Source of the DNA: Octopus sinensis | Lineage: Eukaryota | Length of the DNA stretch: 64,000 bases | Assembly (NCBI RefSeq): GCF_006345805.1 | Contig: NW_021833748.1 | Location: 1-64,000 of the forward strand | Reading direction: 5' to 3' | In this document: positions 37,194 through 48,405 of the stretch, in pieces | Layout: every line of letters starts with the position of its first letter | Position numbering within the stretch: position 1 is the first letter of the stretch | Notes under the pieces: model-generated | Told to the model about the DNA's origin: nothing | Databases searched by the model: none | Seen by the model: only the letters and a program-made list of their open reading frames with translations | Program-made: the position numbers and the translations under genes

Positions 37194-37794
37194 ATGTGCT
37201 CACACACAACGGCACACACAAAGACACGCACACATACTTGTATATATATATTCTATCTATAGAAATATGCGTGTGCTGGGATATATAGTAATTAATTTAT
37301 CGTTATAATTCATTCATAGGCATATCAATTACCTCTGCAATGCATAATATGCAGATGTATTAACATATACACATTTGACTATTTATACATCATATGTATG
37401 TAATTACAAGCATATATATTTGCATGTATATATATATAAGAGAGAGAGAGAGAGAGGGAGATACTTGCATTTGCGTGTGCGGTAATTATGTTCATATGAT
37501 GTACAAATGTATAAGTAGCAACGGACGTGTATAATTACCATATATGTATTTATATATACATACATATACATATATATATATATGTATATATATGCATACA
37601 TACATGTATATGCATAGTATGTGTGTATATGTGTTTCTTTCTATGTATGTGTATTTGAAGACTCCTAATTGTGCAGTTTTAGGTACGAGAACTTAAACAG
37701 TACACGACCTTATATCTTATTGTGGCCCCTAACAACTGATTTTTGTAAGGGGTCACGTAAAATGACTTACTCTATCGTTTATTACATGATATAT

Positions 37795-37875
<81 letters not shown>

Positions 37876-37895
37876 TTATATAATATTATAATATA

Positions 37896-37943
<48 letters not shown>

Positions 37944-39317
37944 AGTTTAACGCGGTATAATTCAAATACTTTTACTTCCGACACATGTTTCGAAGATATT
38001 ACTGATACCTACCCTGGGTTAACGATTTATCTGTTATCTATTTTTTCCGTGTTAATTGCTAACAAGGAAAAAGTACACTCATCTTTATATATATATATAT
38101 ATAATATATATATGCTTATGGCTATATATGTAGGAAGATATATAGCCAAATATTTATTACTTATTTAATCCTTTGACTGTGTAATTAAAGTTCATGGTTA
38201 CCCATGATGTTAATTATCCATCAAAAAATTCGCATTTTCTGCTGCTCTAATACCATCTATCAGAAGTGGAACAGCCCACGTCTCACTTTTTTCACTAACA
38301 TCATTTTTTTTTTTCTTTCTTTCATTTGTTTTTCTCCCATACACAAAATTTTTAAACTTCCGAATGCCGCAGCTAGTACCAGTCTGCTTTGTTTATCGCT
38401 AACACTACTAACACAGCGACCTAACTTCACACGGACTTATTATATTTTGTCACACAGAATTATTTTTCTCGGCGGAATGCCGCAGGTAGTAGCAGTCTAC
38501 ATTGTTTACCAGTAGCGCTACTAACACATAGTGACCTGACTGAAATCCTCCAAACTGACTTATATTATTTTCCACTTTTCTTTAGAATCTTTTTTCAATA
38601 GGATTTATATATCTTCACTGTGTGTATATTATCTTTCACTGTGAGTAGTTCAGTTCTCTGTTAGAGTTCCAGTTTTATCGGACACATTTTTCGTCGGAAT
38701 CTTTTTTCAATAGGATTTATATATTTTTCACGGTGTGAAGTCGTTTTCCGTGTTAGTTTTATCTGTCCCTGCGTGTATTTCCTGATAAAAGATTTTATAT
38801 CCTTTTAGAAAATTATTTTTTTTAATCCCCGTTGTACTTAAAAACTGTATTAATTTTTGAACTGTGTATATATACTTACATACATGTATGTATGTATGTA
38901 TGTATGTATGTATGTATGTATGTATGTATGTGTGTATGTATGTTTGTATGTGTGTATGTATGTATGTATGTATGTATGTATGTATGTATGCATGTATATT
39001 AGTAATCTTGTTTCGTAAAGTGACAAGTTAACATATCCTGTATTGAAACCTCGTAACCCATTGCAAAATTACACTTGCGGTTGCGCTACACTCCTTGAAA
39101 ACAAGTTTAATAACGTCGTCTGTACGAAATTGTCCAATGAAAAATGAAGTGGGCATTCATCACGAATATTAACTGCGTTCCAATTCCCAAACATTTAATC
39201 AGATTTCTTCTATGCTGACAAAGCAAACTTTCATAGGACTCAACCGAATATATGAACGAATAAAGTTTCATTGTCGCCAACATTATTTACCATTTCTACA
39301 CCAAAAGTGATATACAT

Positions 39318-39349
<32 letters not shown>

Positions 39350-39827
39350 GGGCGGCGAGCTGGTAGAAACGTTAGCACGCCGGGCGAAATTCGTAGCCGT
39401 ATTTCGTCTGTCGTTACGTTCCGAGTTCAAATTCCGCCGAGGTCGACTTTGCCTTTCATCCTTTCGGGGTCGATGAATTAAGTACCTATTTCTTTATTAC
39501 CCACAAGGGGCTAAACACAGAGCGGACAAACAAGGACAGACATAGGTATTAAGTCGATTAAATCGACCCCAGTGCGTAACTGGTACTTAATTTATCGACC
39601 CCGAATGGACGAAAGGCAAAGTCGACCTTGGCGGAATTTGAACTCACAACGTAACGCAGACGAAATACCGCTAAGCATTTCGCTCGGCGTGCTAACATTT
39701 CTGTCAGCTCGCCGCCTTGTCATAAATTAAGTACCAGTTACGCACTGGGGTCGATGTAGTCGACTTAATCCCTTTGTCTGTCCTTGTTTGTCCTCTCAGT
39801 GTTTAGCCCCTTTTGGGTAGTAAAGAA

Positions 39828-39828
<1 letters not shown>
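39350..39828. mobile_element. SINE A (minus, 39487-39718) inserted into another SINE A (plus)
   Basis: The host copy is split with duplicated AT(G/A)AATTAAGTAC at ~39473-39486 and ~39722-39734. Confidence 0.85.
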
Positions 39829-39914
<86 letters not shown>

Positions 39915-40049
39915 TCCCCTGTCAGCATCACGTAGTCATTGCAGAGGCCCTGCAATTTTCCTAAGCCCTGTAAAAGAACTCGGAAGGTTGGAAGTCCAAC
40001 CAGGTCTTTCGCGACACCCTTATAACCAGAAACGTTTCAGCGCTACCCT

Positions 40050-40685
40050 CGTATGTCTGTGTGTATGTATGTATGTATGTATGTATCTATGTATGTATGC
40101 ATGTATGTATGTATGTATGTATGTATGTATGTATGTATGTATGTATGTATGTATGTATGTATGTATGTATGTGTGTATGTATGTATGTATGTATGTATGT
40201 ATGTATGTATGTATGTATGTATGCATGCATGTATGTATTATGTATGTATGTATGTATGTAGGTATGTATGTATGTATGTATGTATATTTGTATGCATGTA
40301 TGTAGGTATGTATGTATGTATGTGTGTGTATGTATGTATGTGTGTATGTATGTATGTATGTATGTATGTATGTCTGTGTGTATGTATGTATGTATGTATG
40401 CATGTATGCATGTATGTATGTATGTATGTATGTATGTAGGTATGTATGTATGTATGTATGTATATTTGTATGCATGTATGTATGTATGTATGTATGTATG
40501 CATGTATGTATGTATGCATGTATGTATGTATGCATGTATGTATGCATGTATGCATGTATGTATGTATGTATGTATGTATGCATGTATGTATGTATGTACG
40601 TATGCATGTATGTATGTATGTGTGTATGTATGTATGTATGTATGTATGTATGTACGTATGTATGTATGTACGTATGTATGTATGT
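40050..40685. repeat. (TATG)n microsatellite
   Basis: Read directly. Confidence 0.97.
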
Positions 40686-41023
40686 CTCTTCTATTTTTTA
40701 ACTATTATAAATCCTCCACTGAGGAGGAAGCCGGTTTCCAACAAAGTTACAAGGCTCCATATTTGGGATGTAGTTAACACAGACAAATTCACATTTGGAA
40801 CTTGAGAAAAATCTTGTATATTTTTACTGTTCCACTCACAGATTGCACTTGTAATGTACGAATTAGTCGGTCGATTTCTCTTTCTGAAAATCCCAGTTTA
40901 TCCAGATTCTTCTTTAAGCATTTACTAACAAAACCTAATGCCTCATTTATTATTGGTATGAATATGAATTCATAGTCTGGATGTGTATGCATGTTTGTAT
41001 GCATATATGTATTTATGTATGTA

Positions 41024-41130
<107 letters not shown>

Positions 41131-41649
41131 GCATATTTGCCATTTGAATATGGCTAACCCTTAAGGGTGGATGCTACAGTAGTTTGTAGCCCCAGGAAGA
41201 TATCTCCTCCAGCTGGCTATAGACACACTATCTGTGTCCTCTCAGTATTTGTGAAGGGAAGTCATCCTTCCCGTCTTCAACTTATGATACACACGGACTC
41301 GAGTTTCAAGGTATTTACCTATCATCAGCGTGTGACAATCATGGTTGTCGACGAGAATTCAGTTTTCCCTCACAAATACATATACTTTTTCCAGTGTCGA
41401 ATGACACTGATATTGTAAAAGTGAAATCAAACAATGATAAATCTCAGAGCGAGTTATAAACAGTAGCGGTAACACATCGTGGCGCATATTTGCCATTTGA
41501 ATATGGCTACCCCCTAAGGGTGGATGCTACTCTAGTTTGTAGCCCCAGGAAGATATCTCCTCCAGCTGGCTATAGACACACTATCTGTGCCCTATCAGTA
41601 TTTGTGAAGGGAAGTCATCCTTCCCGTCTTCAACTTATGATACACACGG
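41131..41649 (-). mobile_element. Family D 353-bp tandem repeat (1.5 units): candidate non-LTR retrozyme
   Basis: GCATATTTGCCATTTGAATATGGCT at 41131 and 41484; contains an intact hammerhead; the left end abuts (TA)n. Confidence 0.8.
41290..41334 (-). ncRNA. Minimal type I hammerhead ribozyme
   Basis: Minus strand reads CACACG-CTGATGA-T-AGGT(AAAT)ACCT-T-GAAAC-TCGA-GTC-CGTGTG: 6-bp stem I, perfect core, 4-bp stem II, palindromic ACTCGAGT stem III. Predicted cut between 41296 and 41295. Confidence 0.88.
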
Positions 41650-41859
41650 TTAACTTTAGCCTGTTTCCTCGTACATGATCACTCGTTTGATTCTTGACAC
41701 TTCAACGTAGATCGACACTAAATTGCGATTGAACAGTTTGTATTATGTATGCTTTGGAATCACCATGAAAATGTTCGTTTCGCCAGAACCGAAACGAACG
41801 GTATCGACGCATTTTGTGCGTTTTGTATTGGTTTCAAATTTTGGTTCCAGGCCAAAGAG

Positions 41860-42045
41860 AAACAGGAAGGAAGATTGAGAGAAAATTGTGGTGAAAGAGT
41901 ACAGCAGGGTTCGACACCACCCACTGCCGGAGCCTCGTGAAGATTTAGGTGCTTTCGCTTAATAAACTCACACAAAGCCCGGTCTGAGAATCGAAACCGC
42001 GATCCTGCGACCGCAAGTCTGTTGCCTTAACCACTGGGCCATTGC
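41860..42045 (-). mobile_element. SINE C 5' half, diverged
   Basis: Head and part of the body match family C. Confidence 0.8.
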
Positions 42046-42082
42046 ACCACCACTATTATTATTATTATATTATTATTATTAT

Positions 42083-42114
<32 letters not shown>

Positions 42115-42181
42115 ATAGTAGTAGTAGCAGTAGTAGTAGTAGTAGTTGTTGTAGTGGTAGTAGTAGTAGTAGTAGTAGTAT

Positions 42182-42253
42182 TCAGGTCACTGCCTGGAAT
42201 CGAACTCGGAATCTTAGAGTTAGTAGGCCGCGTTCTTAACTACTACGCCATAT
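42182..42253 (-). mobile_element. Short tRNA-like head followed directly by a (TAC)n/(AAT)n tract
   Basis: Minus strand TGGCGTAGTAGTTAAG (A box)...GAGTTCGATTCC (B box); no full cloverleaf. Confidence 0.55.
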
Positions 42254-42270
42254 GCTATCAAATATAGAAC

Positions 42271-42303
<33 letters not shown>

Positions 42304-42312
42304 ATAAGTGCA

Positions 42313-45160
42313 AGAATGGCTGTGTTGTAGTACGCTTGGTTCCCAACCACATGGTTCCGGGTTCAGTCCCACTGCGTGGCACCTTGGGCAAGTATCCTCT
42401 ACTATAGCCTCGAGCCGACCAAAGCCTTTTCAGTGGATTTGGTAGACGGAAACTGAAAGAAGCCCGTCGTATATATGTATAAGTATATGTATTTGTGTGT
42501 CTGTGTTTGTTCCCCCACCATCCGATATTCGTTCGTTTACATCCCCGTAACCTAGCGGTTCGACAAAGCCTGGGTTTCAGAGACCCACAGCTCTTCAATA
42601 TCCTCCCAAAGTACCTGAGAGACCTGCATGGGGTGGATGCAAATGTCTTTAAAATAAAACTGGTTCTCTTCCTGTCAGGTGTCTCAGATGAACCAACTTC
42701 ACGGCAGGAGGTGCAGATGAGGGCAGCTGCGTCGAACTCTCTCATGCACCAAATGGCAATTGCTAAAAAGCATCCGTGAAGTAAAATCATGTAGCAATAC
42801 CAAATGGCGGTGCCCCAGCATGGCCACAGCTCGTGAGCTGATGAACCAACTTCACGGCAGGAGGTGCAGATGAGGGCAGCTGCGTCGAACTCTCTCATGC
42901 ACCAAATGGCAATTGCTAAAAAGCATCCGTGAAGTAAAATCATGTAGCAACACCAAATGGCGGTGCCCCAGCATGGCCACAGCTCGTGAGCTGATGAACC
43001 AACTTCACGGCAGGAGGTGCAGATGAGGGCAGCTGCGTCGAACTCTCTCATGCACCAAATGGCAATTGCTAAAAAGCATTCGTGAAGTAAAATCATGTAG
43101 CAACACCAAATGGCGGTGCCCCAGCATGGCCACAGCTCGTGAGCTGATGAACCAACTTCACGGCAGGAGGTGCAGATGAGGGCAGCTGCGTCGAACTCTC
43201 TCATGCACCAAATGGCATTTGCTAAAAAGCATTCGTGGAGTAAAATCATGTAGCAACACAAATGGCGGTGCCCCAGCATGGCCACAGCTCGTGAGCTGAT
43301 GAACCAACTTCACGGCAGGAGGTGCAGATGAGGGCAGCTGCGTCGACTCTCTCATGCACCAAATGGCAATTGCTAAAAAGCATCCGTGAAGTAAAATCAT
43401 GTAGCAACCCAAATGGCGGTGCCCCAGCATGGCCACAGCTCGTGAGCTGATGAACCAACTTCACGGCAGGAGGTGCAGATGAGGGCAGCTGCGTCGAACT
43501 CTCTCATGCACCAAATGGCAATTGCTAAAAAGCATTCGTGAAGTAAAATCATGTAGCAACACACCAAATGGCGGTGCCCCAGCATGGCCACAGCTCGTGA
43601 GCTGATGAACCAACTTCACGGCAGGAGGTGCAGATGAGGGCAGCTGCGTCGAACTCTCTCATGCACCAAATGGCAATTGCTAAAAAGCATCCGTGAAGTA
43701 AAATCATGTAGCAACACCAAATGGCGGTGCCCCAGCATGGCCACAGCTCGTGAGCTGATGAACCAACTTCACGGCAGGAGGTGCAGATGAGGGCAGCTGC
43801 GTCGAACTCTCTCATGCACCAAATGGCAATTGCTAAAAAGCATCCGTGAAGTAAAATCATGTAGCAACACCAAATGGCGGTGCCCCAGCATGGCCACAGC
43901 TCGTGAGCTGATGAACCAACTTCACGCAGGAGGTGCAGATGAGGGCAGCTGTGTCGAACTCTCTCATGCACCAAATGGCAATTGCTAAAAAGCATCCGTG
44001 AAGTAAAATCATGTAGCAACACCAAATGGCGGTGCCCCAGCATGGCCACAGCTCGTGAGCTGATGAACCACTTCACGGCAGGAGGTGCAGATGAGGGCAG
44101 CTGCGTCGAACTCTCTCATGCACCAATGGCAATTGCTAAAAAGCATCCGTGAAGTAAAATCATGTAGCAACACCAAATGGCGGTGCCCCAGCATGGCCAC
44201 AGCTCGTGAGCTGATGAACCAACTTCACGGCAGGAGGTGCAGATGAGGGCAGCTGCGTCGAACTCTCTCATGCACCAAATGGCAATTGCTAAAAAGCATT
44301 CGTGAAGTAAAATCATGTAGCAACACCAAATGGCGGTGCCCCAGCATGGCCACAGCTCGTGAGCTGATGAACCAACTTCACGGCAGGAGGTGCAGATGAG
44401 GGCAGCTGCGTCGAACTCTCTCATGCACCAAATGGCAATTGCTAAAAAGCATCCGTGAAGTAAAATCATGTAGCAACACCAAATGGCGGTGCCCCAGCAT
44501 GGCCACAGCTCGTGAGCTGATGAACCAACTTCACGGCAGGAGGTGCAGATGAGGGCAGCTGCGTCGAACTCTCTCATGCACCAAATGGCAATTGCTAAAA
44601 AGCATTCGTGAAGTAAAATCATGTAGCAACACACCAAATGGCGGTGCCCCAGCATGGCCACAGCTCGTGAGCTGATGAACCAACTTCACGGCAGGAGGTG
44701 CAGATGAGGGCAGCTGCGTCGAACTCTCTCATGCACCAAATGGCATTTGCTAAAAAGCATTCGTGAAGTAAAATCATGTAGCAACACCAATGGCGGTGCC
44801 CCAGCATGGCCACAGCTCGTGAGCTGATGAACCAACTTCACGGCAGGAGGTGCAGATGAGGGCAGCTGCGTCGAACTCTCTCATGCACCAAATGGCAATT
44901 GCTAAAAAGCATTCGTGAAGTAAAATCATGTAGCAACACCAAATGGCGGTGCCCCAGCATGGCCACAGCTCGTGAGCTGATGAACCAACTTCACGGCAGG
45001 AGGTGCAGATGAGGGCAGCTGCATCGAACTCTCTCATGCACCAAACGGCAATTGCTAAAAAGCATTCGTGAAGTAAAATCGTGTAGCAACGCCAAATGGC
45101 AGTGCCCCAGCATGACCACAGCTCGTGAGCTGAAACTAGATAAAATAAAATAAAAATAAT
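42313..45160 (+). mobile_element. Chimera: SINE B 5' half + LINE ORF2 C-terminus + 16 tandem copies of the LINE's last 153 bp
   Basis: SINE B similarity stops at ~42569. SLGFRDPQLFNILPKYLRDLHGVDANVFKIKL...DEPT...RAAASNSLMHQ follows (non-LTR C-terminus, clade uncertain). ATGAACCAAC anchors at 42688, 42841, 42994, 43147 and onward; the last unit ends GAGCTGAAACTAG(ATAAA)n. Confidence 0.85.
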
Positions 45161-46492
45161 ATTACCCTTCAGATTCACACCTTTATTGCAATGGTCCTTC
45201 AGTTTTTCTAAGCCCTGTAAAAGATCTCGGAAAGTTTGGCCTCTATCAAGCCTTTCGTGCTACCCTTAAAGCTAGGAACTTTTCACCACATCCTCGTAAA
45301 TGTGTGTACCACCGTGCGTATACAAATTTTGTGATACCAAAGTATTTTTGGAATTAAAAACGTATACAGTTTCGATGGCGAATGAAACATGAGCTACCTT
45401 ACCCGATTTGTCAGCCCTTATGACTAACGAGTGTTGAATATTAAAACGACAAACAGCTTTCGTAGTTCTTAAATCCTCAAAATCTCGTCACAGCTAACTC
45501 CCTGCCGAGGCACCAACTTGGAAACAGCATGTATGCTATACAGTAATGCATTTTGTTAATTTGCAGAGGGTGATATAATATGCTTATTAGTTGTTGTTCG
45601 ACAACCATTAGCTAATTAATTATGTTGCAACACAGCGGGATTATTATTCTATAATGCTTAGAAAGTGTTGAGCCGTCGTATGTGAAATGAAACTCGGGGA
45701 GAGTGATTACACTGCAATAGTTCTCTACTAGTATGGCTTGGAAGCTGTTGTTGGCTGCTACTGATAACGAAAGTCCTCAAGGTTGTGTTAAAAGCAATTG
45801 TCAGGTTTCTGTTTAGTGGGCCAAGGATGCCCGAAGGTATAATTTGTATATTTTGTTTTTGATTGTTTTGTTTTCGGGCGTCAGTGGGCGGGTGAGGTCC
45901 GGGGTTCCGCCTTAGAGAGTCCTCATAGGGTTTACGAAATTGTTCACATCAGCCTTGCCCTTCAGATAGCTGTTACCACAGCATGCTGCTAATGTGTGAG
46001 TGTGTATGTACATATATATATATATATTAATATGCATATGCTGATTGCAAATTCAATGAACATTTCGCAACCATATGCACGCATGTAGCTTTTCAGTTCA
46101 GCTTTCGTTCTGCTGGGACGTTCTCAGATATGGCTCTCATTTCTCTTTTAAGTACATATGTACAACTGTGCGCATGGCGGCGGAACCGCCTCCCAAACAG
46201 CTCGATTTCTTCCTTGCTCGTGTGACTTTTTGACGGCTGACAAAGCAAGCTCTTGAGAGAAGAAATCGCCCACACGCATTCCACTTAAAATCCTGCTGAG
46301 TGTCTGTAGGTACTGCACTAGAGTCCTGCTTATGGAGTGAACACTTAACATGCTCCATTTGCTTTTGCTCAAAGACGCCACATCTGTACTTGAAAGACTC
46401 CCACCATGGGGTAGAGCTTTCAGTAAATGTCTCCCAGATGTCCATACCAACATCCCAAGCTTTACAGTTGCCATTTATGATACCCTTATATC

Positions 46493-47648
46493 TGTTTCTT
46501 TACTACCCACAAGGGGCTAAACACAGAGAGGACAAACAAGGACAGACAAACGGATTAAGTCGATTACATCGACCCCAGTATGCAACTGGTACTTAATTTA
46601 TCGACCCCGAAAGGATGAAAGGCAAAGTCGACCTCGGCAGAATTTGAACTCAGAACGTAACGGCAGACGAAATACCTATTTCTTTTACTACCCACAAGGG
46701 GCTAAAGACAGAGGGGACAAACAAGGACAGACGAACGGATTAAGTCGATCACATCGACCCCAGTATGCAACTGGTACTTAATTTATCGACCCCGAAAGGA
46801 TGAAAGGCAAAGTCGACCTCGGCAGAATTTGAACTCAGAACGTAACGGCAGACGAAATACCTATTTCATTACGACCCACAAGGGGCTAAACACAGAGGGG
46901 ACAAACAAGGACAGACGAACGGATTAAGTCGATTACATCGACCCCAGTATGCAACTGGTACTTAATTTATCGACCCCGAAAGGATGAAAGGCAAAGTCGA
47001 CCTCGGCAGAATTTGAACTCAGAACGTAATGGCAGACGAAATACCTATTTCATTACGACCCACAAGGGGCTAAACACAGTGGGGACAAACAAGGACAGAC
47101 GAACGGATTAAGTCGATTATATCGACCCCAGTATGCAACTGGTACTTAATTTATCGACCCCGAAAGGATGAAAGGCAAAGTCGACCTCGGCAGAATTTGA
47201 ACTCAGAACGTAATGGCAGACGAAATACCTATTTCATTACGACCCACAAGGGGCTAAACACAGTGGGGACAAACAAGGACAGACGAACGGATTAAGTCGA
47301 TTACATCGACCCCAGTATGCAACTGGTACTTAATTTATCGACCCCGAAAGGATGAAAGGCAATATCGACCTCGGCAGAATTTGAACTCAGAACGTAACGG
47401 CAGACGAAATACCTATTTCATTACGACCCACAAGGGGCTAAACACAGTGGGGACAAACAAGGACAGACGAACGGATTAAGTCGATTATATCGACCCCAGT
47501 ATGCAACTGGTACTTAATTTATCGACCCCGAAAGGATGAAAGGCAATGTCGACCTCGGCAGAATTTGAACTCAGAACGTAACGGCAGACGAAATACGGCT
47601 AGGCATTTCGCCCGGCGTGCTAACGGTTCTGCCAGCTCGCCGCCTTTT
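46493..47648 (-). mobile_element. SINE A array: one head plus six 184-bp units inside one TSD
   Basis: ACCCAC anchors at 46505, 46690, 46874, 47058, 47242 and 47426; TSD TGATACCCTTATATC at 46478-46492 and 47649-47663. Confidence 0.93.
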
Positions 47649-47989
47649 TGATACCCTTATATCATTTCCCATGTTCATGTTGAAGCTTCTTTCACTTTGG
47701 TCGGCTTCTCCAAAGAATATTTGCTTAGGTAGTCTTCCGACTTTCATCCTGACCACATCACTATCCCAATGATTCTGTTTCAAAATTATTCTTTTCTCAA
47801 AACTGATGCTGTCAGCTTTTATCAATCACAGTAAAACCAGGGATGTAGGAGAACTACTTTATGTTCAGGATGTGCTGGATACAATACTTGATGGGACCTT
47901 TCCAGCTACTTGTCATGATGCTTGAAAGTTGTCCACGTTTCACACCTCTTAAAGCAACATTGTAAAAACATATGCCTCGTAAAATCAAA

Positions 47990-48405
47990 GGCGCAGGCGT
48001 GGCTGTGTGGTAAGTAGCTTGCTAACCAACCACATGGTTCCGGGTTCAGTCCCACTGCGTGGCATCTTGAGTAAGTGTCTTCTGCTATAGCCCCGGGCCG
48101 ACCAATGCCTTGTGAGTGGATTTGGTAGACGGAAACTGAAAGAAGCCTGTCGTATATATGTATATATATATAAGTGTGTGTGTATGTGTTTGTGCGTCTG
48201 TGTTTATCCCCCTAGCGTTGGTTGACAACCGATGCTGGTGTGTTTACGTCCCCGTAACTTAGCGGTTCGGCAATAGAGACCGATAGAATAAGTACTGGGC
48301 TTACAAAGAATAAGTCCCGGGGTCGATTTGCTTGACTAAAGGCGGTGCTCCAGCATGGCCGCAGTCAAATGACTGAAACCAGTAAAAGAGTAAAGAGTAA
48401 AGAGT
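47990..48405 (+). mobile_element. SINE B
   Basis: Full-length match to family B. Confidence 0.92.

Noticed and set aside
42835-42860. CTGATGA in every 153-bp unit as a hammerhead core
   Set aside because: The heptamer is created by the repeat junction (GAGCTGA|TGAACC); no stem II, GAAA or stem III follows.
42236-45178. Repetitive Cys/Trp-rich ORFs on the minus strand (up to 349 aa)
   Set aside because: Antisense read-through of the 153-bp array (153 is divisible by 3), broken by single-base indels. The plus strand is the LINE coding strand.
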